A stretch of 64,000 bases of DNA, from the NCBI RefSeq assembly GCF_963921235.1, contig NC_086097.1, positions 206,648,001 to 206,712,000 of the forward strand, given 5' to 3'. The DNA comes from Mobula hypostoma (Eukaryota). Shown here piece by piece: positions 24,970-38,399 of this stretch (position 1 is the stretch's first letter; each line of letters begins with the position of its first letter). The notes under the pieces were generated by a model, which saw only the letters and a list, made by a program, of their open reading frames with translations, did not search any database and was not told the DNA's origin. The position numbers and the translations under genes are program-made.

Positions 24970-26045
24970 TGATATTTGTTAACATCGAACAATCCATGGA
25001 AATTTGGCTGTGTGAATTGGAATTGGCTTTCCCACAAAAAGCACAACTGTTCGTAGATGGAAAGATTCTACCTGGAGGTCAGTGACCAGTGGTGTTCCAC
25101 AGGGATCTGTTCTGGTACCCTGCTCTTTGTGATTTTTATAAATGGCATGGATGAGGAAGTGGAAGGGTCATTTAGTAAATCTCCAGATAACATGAAGGTT
25201 GATAGGGATAGTATAGAAGGTTGTCATGGTTTATAGGTAGGATGCAGAGCTGAGTGGAGAAGTGGGCAGTAAATTCAATTCAAAAATCTTGAAGTGATAC
25301 ACTTTGGGAGATTAAACCTCAAGGTAGTGTGACAGGATTCTCAGCATTGTGGAAGACCAGTGGGATCTTGGAAATCAAGTCCAGGTCCACACAAGTTCAT
25401 AGCATTTATTAAGAAGGCATATAGTGTGTCAACCTTCATTAGTTGGAGGATTCAGTTCAAGAGCCATGAGGTAATGTTGCAGCTCTATAAAACTCTGATT
25501 AGACCACAACTTGAATGTTGCATTCAGGTCTGGTCACCTCATTATAGGTAGGAAGGGGAAACCTGACAGAATGTGCAGAGATTTACCAGGATGGTGCCTG
25601 GATTACAGAACTTGTTTTATGAGGCAAACTAAGCCTGTTCCTTTTGGAGCAAAGAAGGATGAGAGTCCAATTGAAAGTGGTGTATCGGATTATGAGAGGT
25701 ACAGCTACAGTGAACAGTCAGTACATTTTCCCCAGGACGATAGTGGCCAATTCCAGAAGACATCAGTTTAAAGTGCTTGGAGGAAAATTTAAGGAAGTTG
25801 TTAAAGAAAAGTTTTTACACAGTGAGTGCAAGAGGCTGGAATACACTGCTAGGGATAATATTAGATGTGGATACAATAGAGACATGTAAAAGTCTCTTAA
25901 GTAGGCACATGGATGTAAGAAAAATATTGGGTTATGGCTTGTTTAGGAGGGAAGAATTGGACTGATTGTGCAGTAGATTTATATGGGTTAGCACATCATC
26001 ATGGACTGCAGGTTCTATACTGAGCTGTGCTGTGTTCTGTGTAAT
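24970..26045 (+). mobile_element. CR1 LINE 3' half, degraded
   Basis: gtgaccagtggtgttccacagggatc; MLQLYKTLIRPQLECCIQVWSPHYR. Confidence 0.88.
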
Positions 26046-27119
26046 GTTTTGTAATTTAAGAGCTCATCACAAAGGGAATCAGAAAGAGTAAAGGCTATTA
26101 TAAAGTCTGTCAATTAAGCACAATCATAATTCATTGGGACGCTATTTCCTGGCAGCACCTAATCTTCTATAACATTGAATCTCTGTAATATGGATTTGAA
26201 TGGAAGTTAACCTCCCAAGGTAAAAAGTTCCCATTGTTGCTGGTTGCTACATAAATTACTAAAAAGCACAGCCATAACATAAAAAGCCAGAGTCAATATG
26301 GTAGAAATCTAAAATATAGCACAAAGCTGTTAAATACAGGGACTGCCCCCACCACTGTGATACATGTGACCTGAGTGTGCCTAATGCACATGGTAGGTAG
26401 TAAAGCTGCTAAAAGTGCTTTATCTTCTCACACTGATATTGGTCATTTGATAAGAAGAATGCAGCAAATCTTCAGCTGAGATCAGTGTCTAACTGTGGTG
26501 TATAAACTCATAAATGGGCAATTCCCTAAAGGGCTCAACAAACATAATCATTCTGCAGTGTGGATATCTCATGAAGATCAACAGGGCAGCAATAACTTTA
26601 CCAGATTTCTTAGCCCTCAGCTTAGTATTAGTCTGACACAAGTAGATCGACCATATTCAAATGAATGAGAGAAATCAGTTGGTGGTAGAAAGATAGGCAG
26701 TAAATTCTATTTAGTGTATTTATGTTAGTTTAAATGGCAATGGACCAGTGGCTGATCATTAAAAAATATTTTTTTAGATAATGGTTATTGCTGGCATGGT
26801 CGGCAGTTACCACCTTTCCATAATTACCCTCACAAATTTGGGGCTAAGCCAAATGGTGGGAGACCACTGAAGGCAATTCTACCACCAGAGAGGATGTCCC
26901 CTAACCAATTAAATGTCAACAGTCTAAAAGAATCAAACCTAGGGCCTATTCAATCTATGACAGCTGCATTCACTGCATTTTAGTGAAGTATTCCTATAAA
27001 GTTACTGGATAAGGAGTTCCTAGATTCAGATCCAACAAAAAACAGGAAATTGCAATATATTTTTAAGTTGTGATATAGTCGGAATGGAACCTCTTGTGGA
27101 GGTATTCTACCATCTGACA

Positions 27120-27735
27120 TATAGGGAACAAGAAAGCACAAGAGCGCCTCTACTTCCTCAGGAGTCTGCAGAGATTCGGCATGTCATCAAAAAACTTGGC
27201 GAACTTCTATAGATGTGTGGTGGAAAAGTATGCTGATTGGCTGTATTATGACCAGGTATGGGAACATCAATGCCTTTGAGTGGAAAATTCCACAAAAGGT
27301 ATTTCACATTCAGCCAAGTACATCACAGGTAAAACCCTCCCAACCATTGAGCACATCTACATGAATCATTGCTGCAGAAAAGCAGCATCCATCATTGAAG
27401 ATCCTCACCATCCAGGCCATGCTCTTTTCTCACTTCTGCCATCAGGTAGAAGGCACAGATACCTCAGGACTCGCACCACCAGGTTCAAGAACAGTTACTA
27501 GTCCTCAACCATTAGGCTCTTGAACAAAAGGAGGTAACTGCACTCATTTTATTTCTGGTATTCCCACAACCAGTGGTCTCACATTTGTTATTTATTACTA
27601 CTGATTGATATTTGCATTTGCACAGTTTGTTGTTCATAGATTTGCTAAGTATACCCACAGTAAAAGAACCTCACGGTTGTATGCAGTGACATGTATGTAC
27701 TCAGATAATAAATTGTACTTTGAACTTTAAACTTA
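27120..27735 (+). mobile_element. Rex1/Babar 3' fragment
   Basis: KAASIIEDPHHPGHALFSLLPSGRR..TTRFKNSY; aataaa..tttgaact tail. Confidence 0.88.
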
Positions 27736-28279
27736 GAAGGCTTCTACAAAGCCTTCCCCAGTAATGCTTCCCAACTCTTCCCCAAGCCTTGCCCGGTAGC
27801 AGTCCCTAATTCTACTGTTACATTGACCTGCATTGACACCCATACTGAGCTCATCAATTTCATCAACTTTGCTGTCACCTTCCACACTGCTCATAAATTA
27901 ACTTGGTTCTTGCTCCGTTTCTAAAACCTCTCTCCCCTTTCTCCAAATTGCCTTCCAGCATCTCTTATAAACCTTCCAATTCTCATGGCTATCTTGACTA
28001 TACCTCTTCCCATCCAATCTCCTATAAAAATGCTATTCCTTTTTCTCTGTTCCTTTGTCTCTGCTGCATCTGTTCCCAGGATGAGGCTCTCTTTTCCAGG
28101 ACATCAGAGATGTTATCCTTCTTCAAAGAACAGGTTTCACTTCCTCCACCTTTGATACTGCCCTCACCTGCATCTCCTCCATTTCCTAAATGTCCGTGGC
28201 ACTCATCCCATCTTTCCTCCACTTTAACAGTGATGGAGTTCCTCTTGTCCTCACCTACCATCCCATGAGCCTCCACATC

Positions 28280-28481
28280 AGATATATTGCATGTTTTCCA
28301 AATAAAACAACATGAGGCATTTTATGTTTAAGAAAAACCGTAACAACTCATTTATTGTGCTCCCGAACACTGAACACAAACAATGCGGAAACTTCATGTA
28401 ATACATCTTCATGTCAGACCTGCATCTTAAAGTGAACCCCAACTGAATTATATATGTTTCCACAAATTAGATTACCCTACA
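28280..28481 (-). mobile_element. Probable ~200-bp solo LTR inserted in the Penelope ORF
   Basis: Interrupts the PLE reading; minus strand starts TGT and has tatataa and aataaa; flanked by acatc. Confidence 0.45.
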
Positions 28482-29019
28482 ACATCATTTTCTGCAACTT
28501 CTGCCATCTCCAAAGGGACTCTACCACCAAACATATCTTTACCCCTCCACCACTCGAATTTCCACATAGATTGCTCCCTCTGTGATTCCTTTTTATTCAC
28601 CCCTCCCGAATAATCTCCCTCCCAGCACTTATCCCTGTAAGTGGCCGAAGTGCTATACCAGCCCATTCACCTCCTCACTCACCTCCATTCAGAGCCCCAA
28701 ACAGTCCTTCCAGGTGAGGCAACATTTCATCAGCAAAACTGCTGGCGTTGTCTATTGTGTCTGGTGCTCCCGATGTGGTCTCCTCCACATTAGTGAGAAC
28801 AGAACTACCTGGTAACAAACCATTTTAATTCTGATTCCTATTCCCATTACACCCTGTCGTTCCGTTGTCTCCTCTTATGTCACAATGAGGCCATCCACAG
28901 AGTGAAGTAGCAACACCTTATATTCCATCTGGGTAGCCTCCAATCTGATGGCATGAATATCAATTTTCCCTTCTGGTAAAAAAAATCTTCTGTTCCTCAC
29001 TCTGACTCCTTACCTCTTT

Positions 29020-29410
29020 AACCATAAGATCATAAGATATAGGAGCAGAATTAGACCATTAGGCTCATCGAGTCTGTTCCACCATTTCTTAATGGCTGGT
29101 TCAATTTTTCTCTCAGCCCCAGTCTCCTGCCTTCTGCCTGTAATTCTTCATATCCTGACCAATCAAGAAACTATCAACATCTGTATTAAATATGCACAAG
29201 GACTTGGCCTCCACAACCACTTGTGGCAAAGAATTCCGCAGATTCACCACTCTCTGGCTAAAGAAATTCCTCCTCATTTCCATTCTAAAAGAACACCCCT
29301 CTATTCTGAGGTTGTGTCCTTTGGTCTTAGACTCTCCCACTATAGGAAACATCCTCTCCACATCCACTCTATCAAGGCCTTTCACCATTTGATAGGTTTC
29401 AATGAGGTCT
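29020..29410 (-). mobile_element. CR1 3' end nested in Penelope element
   Basis: KGLDRVDVERMFP...RNFFSQRVVNL; (cataaga) tail. Confidence 0.9.
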
Positions 29411-29779
29411 TCTCTCTTCTCACCTGCCTATCACCTCTCCTTTGGCTTTGTCCTCTTTCCCTTTCTCCTATGGTCCACTCTCCTCTCTTATCAGATTCCC
29501 TCCTCTCCAGCCATTTACCTTTCCTAACCCACCTGACTTCAACTATCACCTTCTACCTAACCCTCCTTCCCTTCCCCCACCTTTTTATTCTGTTGTCTTT
29601 TCCCTTCCTTTGCAGTCCTGAAGAAACAGGTCTTGGCCCAAATCATCAACTGTTCGTTTATTTCCATAGATGGCACCCGACCTGCTGAGTTCCTCTAGCA
29701 TTTTGTGTGTGTTGGTCTGGATTTCCAGCATCTGCAAAATTTCTCATGTTTATGATTTCACAGGCCAGCTGCTGTTGTT

Positions 29780-30025
29780 GATAAACTGGCAAATTGGCTT
29801 ATGTTATTGCATCAAGATACAGTAAAAAATGTTTTGCATACCATCCATTTAATCACATCAGTGCATCAAGATCGTACAAGAGAAAAGCAATAACAGATGC
29901 AGAGTATAGTGTTATAATTCTGGAGAAAGTGCAGTGTAGGCAGACCATATGGTGCAAAGTCATGATGAGATAAATTGAGAGGTCAAGAGCCCATTGTATC
30001 CTAGAAGAGGGCTAAAGTCTTATGA
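29780..30025 (-). mobile_element. Rex1-type 3' tail fragment
   Basis: Antisense tail pattern typical of the Rex1 3' UTRs. Confidence 0.45.
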
Positions 30026-30409
30026 TAGAAGTCTCTCAGGTACTGTCAAAGGAGATGAGATGAGTAATTACTGCACATTCTGAAAGCACCAGGTACTGAA
30101 GCAACTGAGTACCAATGATGAAGGGATCAATATTTAGGATGGTGGTTAGATCTAGGACACTGATCCCTGAATGGAAAACTCTACAAACTAGTGGATATCT
30201 TATTACTTGGAGTTTTCCTCTGGATATCACTTCTGATACTTGGATACTTGGAAATCACTTCTGGGGAGAGCATAAAGCAAGAATTTGTTCTCCCTGGATT
30301 TGTCAGAATTTTTCTGAAATGTTAGGTCAATGCTGAATGCAATTATAGCATCAGAGCAGTTTCCCACTGAACAACTAAATTATGGTAGTCTCAAAGAATA
30401 AAATCTAAA

Positions 30410-31725
30410 GACTGACATCAGCAGTAGGAAAATTGTTGGAAGATATTCTAAGAGATCAGATATATAAGTAATTGGATAGACAGGGATTGATTAAGGATAG
30501 TCAGTATGGCTTTGTGTGTGGTATGTGTAACCAATCTTTTTCAAGATGTATTGGAAAAGTTGATGAAGGAAAAGCAGTGGATGTTGTATACATGGACTTC
30601 AGCAAAGCATTTAATAAGGTCCCACATGGGAGGTTGATCAAGCAGGTTCAGTGGCTTGGCAAGTTGAGGTAGTAAATTGGATCAAACATCGGCTTTGCAG
30701 GAGTGGTAATAGATGGTTACCTCTCTGACTGAAGGCCTGTGACTAGTGGATTGCTGCAGGGATCAGCACTGGGTCTGCTGTTGTTTGACATCTAAACCAA
30801 TGATTTGGATGATAATGTAGTTAACTGGTTCAGCAAATTTGCAGATGACACAGGTATGGGAGTTTAGTGGACAGTGAGGAAAACTAACAAATCTTGTAGC
30901 GGGATCCGGACCAGCTGAAAAAATGGGCTGAAAAATGGCAGATGGAATTTGATGCAGACAAGTATGAGGCATCGGACTTTGGGAGGACCAACTGGAGTCA
31001 GCCTTACACAGTGAGGCATAGAACAAAGGGATCATGGAATACACGTCCATAATTCATTGGACATGGCATCACTGGTAGATAGGGTTGCAAAGAAAGCTTT
31101 TGGCACATTGGCCTTCATAGATAAAAGTATTGAGTACAGAAGTTGGGATGTTATGTTGAAGTTGCCTAAGATGTTGGTGAGGACTGATCTGGAGTACTGT
31201 GTGCAGTTTTGGTCCCCTACCTCCAGGAAAGCTGTCAATAAGATTGAAAAAGTACAGCAAAAATTTACAAGGATGTTGCTAGGACTGAAGGATTGAGTTG
31301 TAAGGAAAGATTGAATAGGTTAGAACTTTTTTCCCTAGAAGGTAGAAGATTGAGGGGAGATTAGATAGAGGTATACAAAATTATGAGGGGTATAGATGGG
31401 GTAAATGCAAGCAGGCTTTCTTCCACTGAGCTTAGAAGTGACTATAATGAGAGGTCATGGGTTAAGGGTGAAAGGAGAAATGTTTAAGGGGAATATGAGG
31501 GGAAACTTCTTCACTCAGAGGGTGGTAAGAGTGTGGAAAGAGATGCCAGCACAAGTGGTGGATGCAATTTTGATTTCGACTTTTACGAGAAGTTCGGATA
31601 GGTAGATGGGTGGGAGGGGTATGGAGGGCTGTGTTCCAGGTACAGCTCATTGGGTGTAGGCAGTCTGAATGGAGTAGATGGGCCAAGGGACCTGGGTCTG
31701 TGGTGTAGTTTTCCATGACTCTTTA
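30410..31725 (+). mobile_element. CR1 LINE 3' half, degraded
   Basis: VDVVYMDFSKAFNKVPHGRL; LEYCVQFWSP; GNFFTQRVV. Confidence 0.92.
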
Positions 31726-31869
31726 ATCTAAAATTCTCAGTGTTTGGTGAACATTTTCCAGTTTGACCAATTAATCATCTATCAATGACAACATCACAAT
31801 TTGCATAAATTTCATTTTTAAAAACTAGTCAAAGCAGATGTTAATTAACCCAGTAATAAAACAGAGCGT

Positions 31870-32270
31870 GAGAGCATTAGAGAGTCATGCCATTCAACCA
31901 ACAATATCCATCCACATCGACCTTTTGTCACCAATTTGTATTAATCCCGTCTTCCAGCACCTGGCCTGTAGCCTTCTTATGCCTGAGTGATTCAGGTGTT
32001 TGGGTATGGTGCTCATTAAATACTGTGAACCACTTTCTTTGGGTGGTGTGCTCCAAGTATTCTCCACTTTCTGGATGAAAATGATCCCCCTGATCACTTC
32101 TAAATATCTTTTTGCAAAAAACTATGTCTTCTGATTTTATCTAACTCTGATATGCAGAATAGTTTCCTGTAGTCTATCTATCTATACCTCTTGTAATTTT
32201 TCATGTCTTAATCATGTTCCCCTTTAACCTCTTCCAGAGAAAGCATATCCAACCTCTTGAGTCTTTCCTG
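31870..32270 (-). mobile_element. Old CR1 3' fragment
   Basis: Degraded antisense CR1 C-terminus/UTR. Confidence 0.55.
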
Positions 32271-32959
32271 ATAAACATGCAGGAGTTCATTTGCGCATCA
32301 AAAATCTGCAAAATTAGTACCGTTCAGAGGACCCAACTCTGTTTGTTCTTGGATTCCATTTTTATGCACTCATTCTTCATGCATACATTTAACTGAAGGA
32401 CTTGTATGTTTCGGAGTCATTAATGGTGATGTTTTCCTCACTAAAGCATATTTAGCATGAGGGATTTTGAGAGTCTCAGGTATCTCCCGAAACAATCCAG
32501 TGCTATATGGCATCATGCCACTGATGGAAATAATCAGACAGCGCTGCGAAGGACTGATAAGAATAGCAGCACAGGCACTAGTGTAAGCATCCAGTTTCAT
32601 TAATATTGAACTTAAGATCTTGGGGAAATTGACACTTGTGTTGGAGTACTGCTCACAAAGTAGTCCAAGGAACCACCAAGACATAAATGAAATGGTCATG
32701 GGAAAAGGTGGGTAAGGCAATTAATACACCTAATGGTACCCAGATGATCTAGCCTACCCTCAACACTCCTATAATGTGGCAGAGTAGGTAGAAACAACAT
32801 AAAATAATCTTCCATCTATCATACTTTTCAAGACGCCCACACACATCTCACAGCGTGTCTTAATGGCAGTAGATATTCAAGGCTGATAGTGTTTCTAATA
32901 TTCTAAAATAAGTGTTCTCAATGCAAAATAAAATAGTCAAATAATTTTCCAGTCCACTT

Positions 32960-35900
32960 TTGTAGCTGGTGATTCTTGCTGTGAAATGACTCTATGATGT
33001 TATCAAGGCCAGAATGTAGGGTTAGCTATTTTAAATAATGAGGGTATCAGCGATTGTGTTAACTCTGCACTCATGCAATGAGGTGGAAAACAAATGGGTC
33101 TGCATCGCTAATCTCGATGAAGAATTGTGTTAAACAAGACTGTGTCATTGCCCCAAAATGTTTCTCAGCTTTTCTCATCCCCATTTTGAACCTTGCCTCC
33201 AATAGATTGCAATAATCTTCAATAATCTTTGGAACAAATAGGAAGATATGACTAATGGGAAACCAATAGCAACCACACCTGCCCAGGCCTCAGTAGATGA
33301 GCTGCAGTAAATTTGCACCTGCATGCACATGCAGAGATTGAACTGTTAGATATCACTGGTGTTTAATGCCAACCTCAATGATAAAAGTTCATTTGGAGAC
33401 CCTGGAAAATGTCAACCACTTCCCGTATCTTGGAATGCCTCACTGAGTGAAGACAGATATCAGTAATCAAATTGCCTTGAATGCACCGCCATGGTCTTTG
33501 GCTGGTATTTGAAGGTTGATTCTCAGCTTTTGGCTGGTATTTGAAGATTGAGTCTCACAAAATTCATGATCTTCAACCAGGCCTGTTTGAAGAAAAACCT
33601 GCCGAATTATCACCAGCAACCTGTTGCACCAGAGATCCCAACACACATTAGACCACTGTTACACTATGATAAGGAATGCCTATTGCTCTTTACCTGGGCC
33701 TCATGTTGCCAAATTGGACCATTTGGCTATACTCCTGTTACCTGCATACAAACAGAGCCTAAAAAGCAAGACTGCAGGGTTTAAGACAACTAAGAGGTGT
33801 CATGGGAGGAAGAGGAATGTTTACAGCATTGCCATGATTCAGTGGACTGGGCCATGTTCAAGCACTCATATGAGGATCCAAATGACTACACGAGGGTTGC
33901 AGCGGACTTTATTAAAACAACTGCAGATGAGTGTGTTCTTTCAGGGACTACCCCCATCAGAAGGTCTGGATGAACCATGAAATCCAGAATTTGCTGATGG
34001 CCGGATCAGAGGCATTCAAGTCTGGAGATCAAGAATGCTACAAGAGCTTCAGGTATGATCTCTGGAAAGCCATCTCACAGACGAAGTGGAGATTTTTGAC
34101 TTGACTGGAGTCAACAGGGATGCTTATCAGCTGTGGCAGGGTTTGAATGCCATAACCTCCTACAAAGTGAAATCACGTGACATGGGGGAACAGCAAAGCT
34201 TTGCTTCCAAATGAGATCAATACCCTCTATGCTCACTTTGACCACCAGAACAGGGAGTGACCATCATACACGCCCACGTTCCCCATAATCCTTTAGTATC
34301 AGTATCTAGAGATGACATGCTGGCTGCCTTCTAGAGAGTGAATCGAAGGAAAGCATCCAGTCCAGATGGAGTACCTAGCCAAGTACAGAAGACCTGTGCT
34401 GACCAGCTGGTTGGTGCTTTCACAGGTACGTGAAACCTCTGGCTTTGACAGACTGTGGTACCCACCTGCTTCAATTCTATTGTACCAGTGTCCAAAAAGA
34501 GCAAGGTAACCTGTCTAAATGACTATCACCCAGTGGCACAGTGATGAAGTGTTTTGAGAGGCTGGTGTTGAAATATATCAGCTCCTGTCTGAGTAGAGAC
34601 TTGGATCTGCTCCAATTTCCCTACCAGAGCAACAGGTCCACAACAGATACCATCTCATTGGCTCTTCACTCAATAATGGAACATCTGGACAGCAAAGATG
34701 CATACACCAGGATGATCTTTATCGATTACAGCTCAGCATTCAATACTATTATTCCCTCAAAACTAATCAATAAACTCCAAAACCTGGGCCTCAATAGCCC
34801 CTTGTGTAGTTGGATTCTGGTTTTCCTCTCTTGCAGACTCCTGTTAGTTCAGAATTGGAAAAACATCTCCTCCACAATTTCCATTTGCACAGGTGCACCA
34901 CACGGCAGTGAACGTAGCTTCCTGCTCTACTCATTTTACACCTATAACTGTGTGGCCTAAGTACAACTCCAAAACCATATTCATGTTCGCTGATAACACC
35001 ACTGTTGTGGGCTGTATCAAAGGTGGTGATGAATCAGCATACAGGAGGGAGATTGAAAATTTGGCTGAGTGGTGTCATAACAATAACCTCTCACTCAATG
35101 TCAGCAAGACCAAGGAGCTGATTGTAGACTACAAGAGAGCAAGCCAGAGGTCCATGAGCTAATAATCATCAAAGGATCAGAGGTGGAGAGGGTCAGTAAC
35201 TTAAAATTCCTGGCTGTCACTATCTCAGAAGATCTGTCCTGGACATATCATATAAATGTAATTGCAAAGAAAGCACAACAGCAGCTCTACTTCCTTAGGA
35301 GTCTGGGGAGATTTGGCATGTCATCTAAAACTTTGACAAACTTCTATATATGTGTCGTGGAGAGTATATTCATTGGCTACATCACGGCCTGGTATGGATA
35401 CACCAATGCCTTTGAACGGAAAATCCTACAACAGCTAAAGGATTCAGGCCAATACATCACAGGTTGAGTTCTCACAATCATTGAGCACATCTACATGAAA
35501 TTGCGTCATAGGAAAACCGCATCCATCATCAAAAGATCCCAATCACCCGGGCCATGCTCTTTTCTCGCTGCTGCCATCAGGTGGAAGGTACAGGTGTCTC
35601 AGGACTCACACCACCAGGTTCAAGAACAGTCACTACCTCTTAACCAGCAGGCTCTTGAACAAAAGAGGATAAATGCACTCATCTATTGAGATGTTCCCAC
35701 AATGAATGATCTCACTTTAAGGACTCTTTATCTTATTATCTCATGCTCTCATTTATATTTGCATTTGCACAGTTTGCTGTCTTCTATGCTCTTGCACTTC
35801 CATTGATCATGTTTACAGTTAATATTCTACAGATTTGCCGAGTATGCTCGCAGGAAAAAGAATCTCAAGGTTGTACATGGGTGACATGTATGTACTCTGA

Positions 35901-36400
35901 TAATAAAATTAACTTTGATCTACTGGACAATATTAATCCTTGCCTTCTTGAATGCATCTGTGTAACTACCCCACCAATATTGGGCCTTCAAAGTCCTTCA
36001 GATTCATGGAAAGTATAAGCAAACCAATGTCTCTGCCTTCTTCCCACCATCAAGTCCCTGATTACATTCAGTCAGCTCCACTGGGCCGACCACACGAGTC
36101 ACATGCCAGACATTAGATTCTCAAAATTGATACTCTGCCTCAAACTTGGTCATGGAAAGACATTACCAAGCTGACAGTGTAAAGTATTCATGTATGTGCT
36201 CAAAGCCTAGTTGAAAGAATTACACATTTGCACTGATTCCTGGGAAGTCTTAACCAGTGAGCACTTGAATGGAGAAGCTGTTGGGATGGTATTAAAATCC
36301 ACGAGTGAAAGCATCAACTGCATGCAGATGTCCTGTGTTTGTAGACCATCCTACAAACTGCCTATCCAGTGAGCCAGTCTGATACCTCTATTATTTCTGA
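32960..36400 (+). mobile_element. Old RTE-clade LINE split by a Rex1 insertion
   Basis: VKQDCVIAP and LENVNHFPYLG remnants left of 33572; QLHWADH..HMPDIR remnant right of 35916. Confidence 0.7.
33573..35915 (+). mobile_element. Rex1/Babar LINE with 6-bp TSD (TGATCT)
   Basis: MKCFERLV, IDYSSAFNTI, FADNT, NVSKTKELIVD; tgatct at 33567-33572 and 35916-35921. Confidence 0.92.
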
Positions 36401-36799
36401 AAACTTACTTTAATCAGTTCAAGTTCAAAGACTGTACTCATAGACGTATAACAGAATAACACCCGTTTGTGATTCTCAGTAATCTCTATAGTTGGAACGC
36501 TATAGAAATAACTATAAAAGCTGTAAATTCACTAGTTATAATGAACACTACATACTTCAGAACTTCTGTGCAGTCAATTGGATGAAGAATCTGCAAATGC
36601 TTCTTTATGTTCAGAAGACTTACATAGCAGAATCACATATTTTAATAATTAAATCATTCACTTTGTTTTAGAAGGTATAATGGTCAAAATTATCTGTTTC
36701 GAACCTAAAAATAGATAATAGGAGTTTGTAATTAATGCCAAGAATAAAAATTGTTCTGATAAATATGGACAAAACTTCATTTCAAAAATGACAAATTGT

Positions 36800-36882
36800 G
36801 CAACATATGCAAAGTGCTGGAGGAACTCAACAGGCCAGGCAGTATCTATGGAAAAAATACAGTCAACGTTTCGGGCCGAAAC
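36800..36882 (-). mobile_element. Penelope-like terminal repeat fragment
   Basis: Reverse complement of cggcccgaaacgttgactg...ccatagat...gagttcctccagca. Confidence 0.8.
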
Positions 36883-37081
36883 TGTGCTTTTTGTTTACTG
36901 TGTGCTGGTTAAACTCCTTTTGTGTAAGTTGTAAGTCATTATTCCACTTCTTTTTTTTATTCTGTTTAAGTAGCTGATATTATGCTGTATCTACTACCGC
37001 TAAGTCTATAAATAACCTGGAAAACAAAAATGAAAGCTCTTCCTCATTTTCTGGCTTTCTAACTTTAACACAAGCTTTGAC

Positions 37082-37305
37082 TTTATTGACTTATTTAGAG
37101 ATCCAATGCAGTAGCAGACCAATGTGCCAACGTGCCTGCACTGCCCAGTTACAGCAATGTAACCAATTAACCTACTACCTTACTCAACGTTGGGACACAG
37201 AAGGAAATCAGAGTACGCAGACAAAATCCATGTGGTCATGGAGGAATTGAACATGGGTGACTGGCACTATAATTGTGTTACACTAACTGCTATGCCACCA
37301 TATCC
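37082..37305 (-). mobile_element. tRNA-derived SINE, degraded
   Basis: Similar to 51082-51370 (ttatttagagat tail, accaattaaccta, taactgctatgccac head). Confidence 0.65.
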
Positions 37306-37850
37306 CACATTTATCCTTGACAGGTTGAAATCCATTGACATTCATCCTTAATCCACTGAGACAACTTTTAGTTAGACAAAAATGTGTTAACTTCATGGAA
37401 GTTTCCATTATGATGATGTAATCATATATCCATAGCCAATCCTTATCTTGCAATATCAATTGTTCTGCGGAATTAGTCATGACTATTTTCAATCTCACTT
37501 TTGCTTATGGTAACAGCTTTAGTTTTTCACTAAACTCGATACCTGTACTAGCTCACCAGACTATACTTTGAGACTAACTGTATTTTCAATGAAGGCAAGC
37601 GACTGACCTTTTTCTGTAGTATATCAGTTCTACTGTATCTCCACTGCCTGGTTATTGTTCTGCAGTATATCTTTAAATCTTACTGCATCCACCACTTCTA
37701 TGTGTGCCATAGATGTCACACAAACCTTGCTCTACTTTGGCTTTGATTCAATGTTACACAGATTCCTTCTTTGTATTTTCCCCACTGTGAAGCACTTATG
37801 CAGGTATTGCTGCGCTGACTCATTGCTTTGGTTTTATATATACATATATA

Positions 37851-38248
37851 CACTCAGTGGCCGCTTTATTAGTTATTCTCGCACACCTGCTCATTAATGC
37901 AAATATATATTCAGCCAATCATGTGGCAGCATCTCAATGCATAATACCTTCAAACATGGTCAAGAGGTTCAGTTGTTGTACAGACCAAACATCAGAATGG
38001 GGAAGAAATGTAAACAAAGTGACTTTGACCATGGAATGATTTTTGGTGCCAGACTGGGTGACTTGCGTATTTTAGAAACTGCTGATCTCCTGGGATATTC
38101 ATGCACAACAGTCTCTAGTGATTCCAGGGAATGATGTAATAAAAAAACATCCAGTGCGTGTCAACTCACTGGTCAAAAAACACATAGTTAATGAGACATT
38201 AGAAGTTCATGTTGGTAAGAAGGCCACTAATAAAGAGCCCACTGAGTG
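37851..38248 (+). mobile_element. Internally deleted Tc1/mariner transposon
   Basis: TIRs cactcagtggccgctttattag / ctaataaagagcccactgagtg; TA on left; transposase N-terminus MGKKCKQSDFDHGMIFGAR...ETADLLG. Confidence 0.88.
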
Positions 38249-38399
38249 CATGTTACACTTTCTGACATATACAGCACTTCACTGCCTTAAAGAAATATTC
38301 ACACTGCTATTGTATCTGCTGTTACAACTCCCCACATGTGTGCCTGCATGACACAAACTTTGGTTGGAGAATCACACATTCTGACTCCAGTCATGATTA

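Larger units (their letters stand above)
27780..29755 (+). mobile_element. Penelope-like element, degraded, with nested insertions
   Basis: YLDYTSSHP..KNAIPFS remnant; GIY-YIG-like GVVYCVWCSRCGLLHISE (28745-28800); pyrimidine-rich terminal repeat. Confidence 0.85.

Noticed and set aside
32370..32720. 116-aa minus ORF and a possible plus-strand exon near 32480-32582
   Set aside because: No recognisable domain and weak splice signals.
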